A DNA stretch of 64,000 nt from Antedon mediterranea (Eukaryota; Animalia; Echinodermata): positions 14,782,371-14,846,370 of the forward strand of contig NC_092678.1 in the NCBI RefSeq assembly GCF_964355755.1, in the 5' to 3' direction. Of the stretch, positions 62,029 through 64,000 are shown piece after piece (the first letter of the stretch is position 1; the number at the start of each line of letters is the position of its first letter). Under the pieces are notes generated by a model. That model was not told the origin of the DNA and searched no databases. It saw only the letters and a program-made list of their open reading frames with translations. The position numbers and the translations under genes are program-made.

Positions 62029-64000
62029 AGTACATTTCAGAGATGACGATGACGCATAGAAAACAGCCCTAAGAAATGAAAAAAAATCCGCCTGTGACGT
62101 CACAACCGGAAACTTTTGTACAGGAGGAGATAGGAATTTTTGGGTTAATCGTCCACTGCGCCAAAACTATTTCGATATTAACTTATCCGCTTTACAGTTT
62201 CATTCTTAAATCATTAATACATCGTAAATCGTTGAAATTATGGAATATTTCCTTCATTTTTTTTATATAAATTGATTTTTAATTTCGTTTTTCACGCTCA
62301 TTTTCTCCGAAACATTCAGTCAAACCCTACACAAGCTAGGTACACGAACCGATAATACGCATGCGTCAGATACACTTTCTCGACTCGTTCGTTTGTTGTG
62401 TATGGACGCCATTTATTTTTTCAATCGCTAGATAGCTTTACGTTTTATTTCTACTATATACTATCTAATGTTTACAATAATTTTAAATGGATAGCGATAT
62501 GTCGTCCTTATCGTCCTCGGCATCAGCCGAAGATGAGCATGATATTGTTGAAGTGAATTGGAGAGGAGTGTTTGAAAACGATCCAAGGGTGCCCGCTGGT
62601 GGAGCGGAGGGAGAAGTGGGCCTACTCGGCGGCGATGCTGCACACCACCGAGATCGGGCTAGAGCACATGGATTCGCAGCGATGGGCCTACCACAAAATC
62701 TTTATTTGAGACAAGGACGAGATTGGTAGGTATATTTATTTGTAAGTAAGTAAAGTGGTAGTCTAGGTTTGGGGATAAAAGTACTGTATAATTAATAAGG
62801 CCTAAAACTATATATAGGCCTAGCCTAGCTAGTAGTAGGCCTAGCTAGTATTAATAATAATATCCTAGGCCTCCTAGTACTAGGCCTAGACTCTAGAGTA
62901 CTACTAGGCTAGGGAGTCCCTAGGCTAGTAGGCCTAGCTAGTAGGCCTAGCTAGTATAGTAATATATAAATGCTTTATTTTAGGGCTAGTAAGTAGTAGA
63001 GTAGGCGTACTACTAACTAGTCTACTAGCCTAGCTAGGCCTAGACCTTCATATTTTAAGAAGTGAGACATTCTAACAACATAATCATATTCCTTCTTTTT
63101 CTACTACAGGTGTGGGTGTGGAAACTGTGTTGTAGAGGAGATGTGGGAAAATAGATATTGTTGTCAAGAAGTAAGCAGTGTTAAATTATGTTTTAAAATA
63201 AAATTGCTCCATATTAAAACTGTCATAACCATACATTTTTTATGATTGATAGTAAATAAATTCCATTAGTGAAAATATCACTTTTTTTTTAAATAAACAG
63301 GTAGAGAAAATAATGGATAAAAATAAGGAAAATGAACATAATGGATGTATCACCACCCATCCCTGGTTCCAAGCTGCCATTCTTAATCCGGCAACCCTCC
63401 AAATTGCGTATTGGCAGTATGCATCTCAATATGATGAACTCGTTGTGGAAGGAAGAAAAGAAAGGTAAACACCATGTTTTTGCAGTATAGTAATTTGTAA
63501 CTGATTTGCCTTTATTTTTATTCAAAAAATCATTTTCTACAAGGTATTTTTGTTTGCACACGAAATACAGGTATACAGCGTATCGACAGTTTGTGCGTTG
63601 GTGTTGGAGGTATCTTGGGCGAGACAGGCGTGTCCCAATTACATCCTGTGTAATAAATAAAATCAGAGAAGCTTTTCCTGACCCTGAACAAAATTATACA
63701 GGATTTACATATCCTCGATTGGATGAAGACTAGTTTAGTTTATTTTATGAATTAACACTCCATATAAATACAAATCTATGTACAGTAGTTCCTGCCGTAT
63801 AAAAATAAATGTACAGTAGTTACCTTATGAATAAATACCTGTTTTTTTTTTGTGAACAACAAAAGCATGCATGTCAAAATACAATGAACTAAAACAAAGG
63901 AATAAATTAACAACTAAACAATTCTTTTTCTCCGAGATATAAAATCAGTGATCAAGGTAGTGATAAAATAAAAATATTCTAAATTTATGACACAAGTTCT
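62029..64000. mobile_element. Probable Kolobok element carrying the KolX-like gene (extends beyond the window)
   Basis: KolX-like gene content and a compositional break at TTAG|AGTACATTTCAGAGATG (TTAA-like site). The partner TIR is not visible. Confidence 0.5.
62487..63733 (+). CDS. KolX / P2X7 C-terminal 'ballast'-like Cys-rich protein, 4 exons (62487-62725, 63110-63170, 63301-63464, 63571-63733)
   Basis: Spliced translation ...RDWCGCGNC..EM..RYCCQEV..GCITTHPWF..LN..L..RYTAYRQFVRWCWRYLGRDRRVPITSCVINKIREAFP..YTGF is the hallmark of this family. All junctions are GT-AG and in phase. Confidence 0.85.

Noticed and set aside
62800-63050. TAGGCCTA/CTAG-rich tract as a regulatory array
   Set aside because: Low-complexity intronic sequence; the same motif is scattered through introns of several transposons in the window.

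Overview
AT-rich animal genomic DNA, not prokaryotic: GT-AG introns, dense transposon nesting and TAGGCCTA-rich tracts. An invertebrate deuterostome such as an echinoderm is my guess, not something shown. The one host gene is the 3' part of a + strand, multi-exon ROCO-type gene (6937-31450). It runs end of Roc GTPase, COR, low-complexity linker, tandem death-effector-like (DED-DED) exon, a duplicated COR C-terminal block, three related 30-nt microexons and a second DED-DED terminal exon. This copy has two frameshifts and one in-frame stop. The rest is mostly mobile DNA. (1) An EnSpm/CACTA-like deletion derivative (<1-6930) ending 6 bp before the Roc exon. (2) Non-autonomous Helitron and Helentron/HINE-like copies, plus Tx1/L1, CR1/L2 and Penelope fragments. 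(3) A Gmr1-type (IN before RT) gypsy element with 132-bp LTRs and CTTT TSD (33892-41148). (4) A ~5.3-kb foldback holding three nested insertions. (5) A Chapaev-like element with TAAC TSD and an internal ~643-bp array. (6) The left end of a Polinton/Maverick-like element (from 55746) whose decayed protein-primed PolB appears to have spliced 5' exons and is preceded by a small SIM-motif ORF. (7) An apparently intact, spliced KolX/P2X7-ballast-like gene (62487-63733). All calls come from reading and translating by eye; no searches were run.
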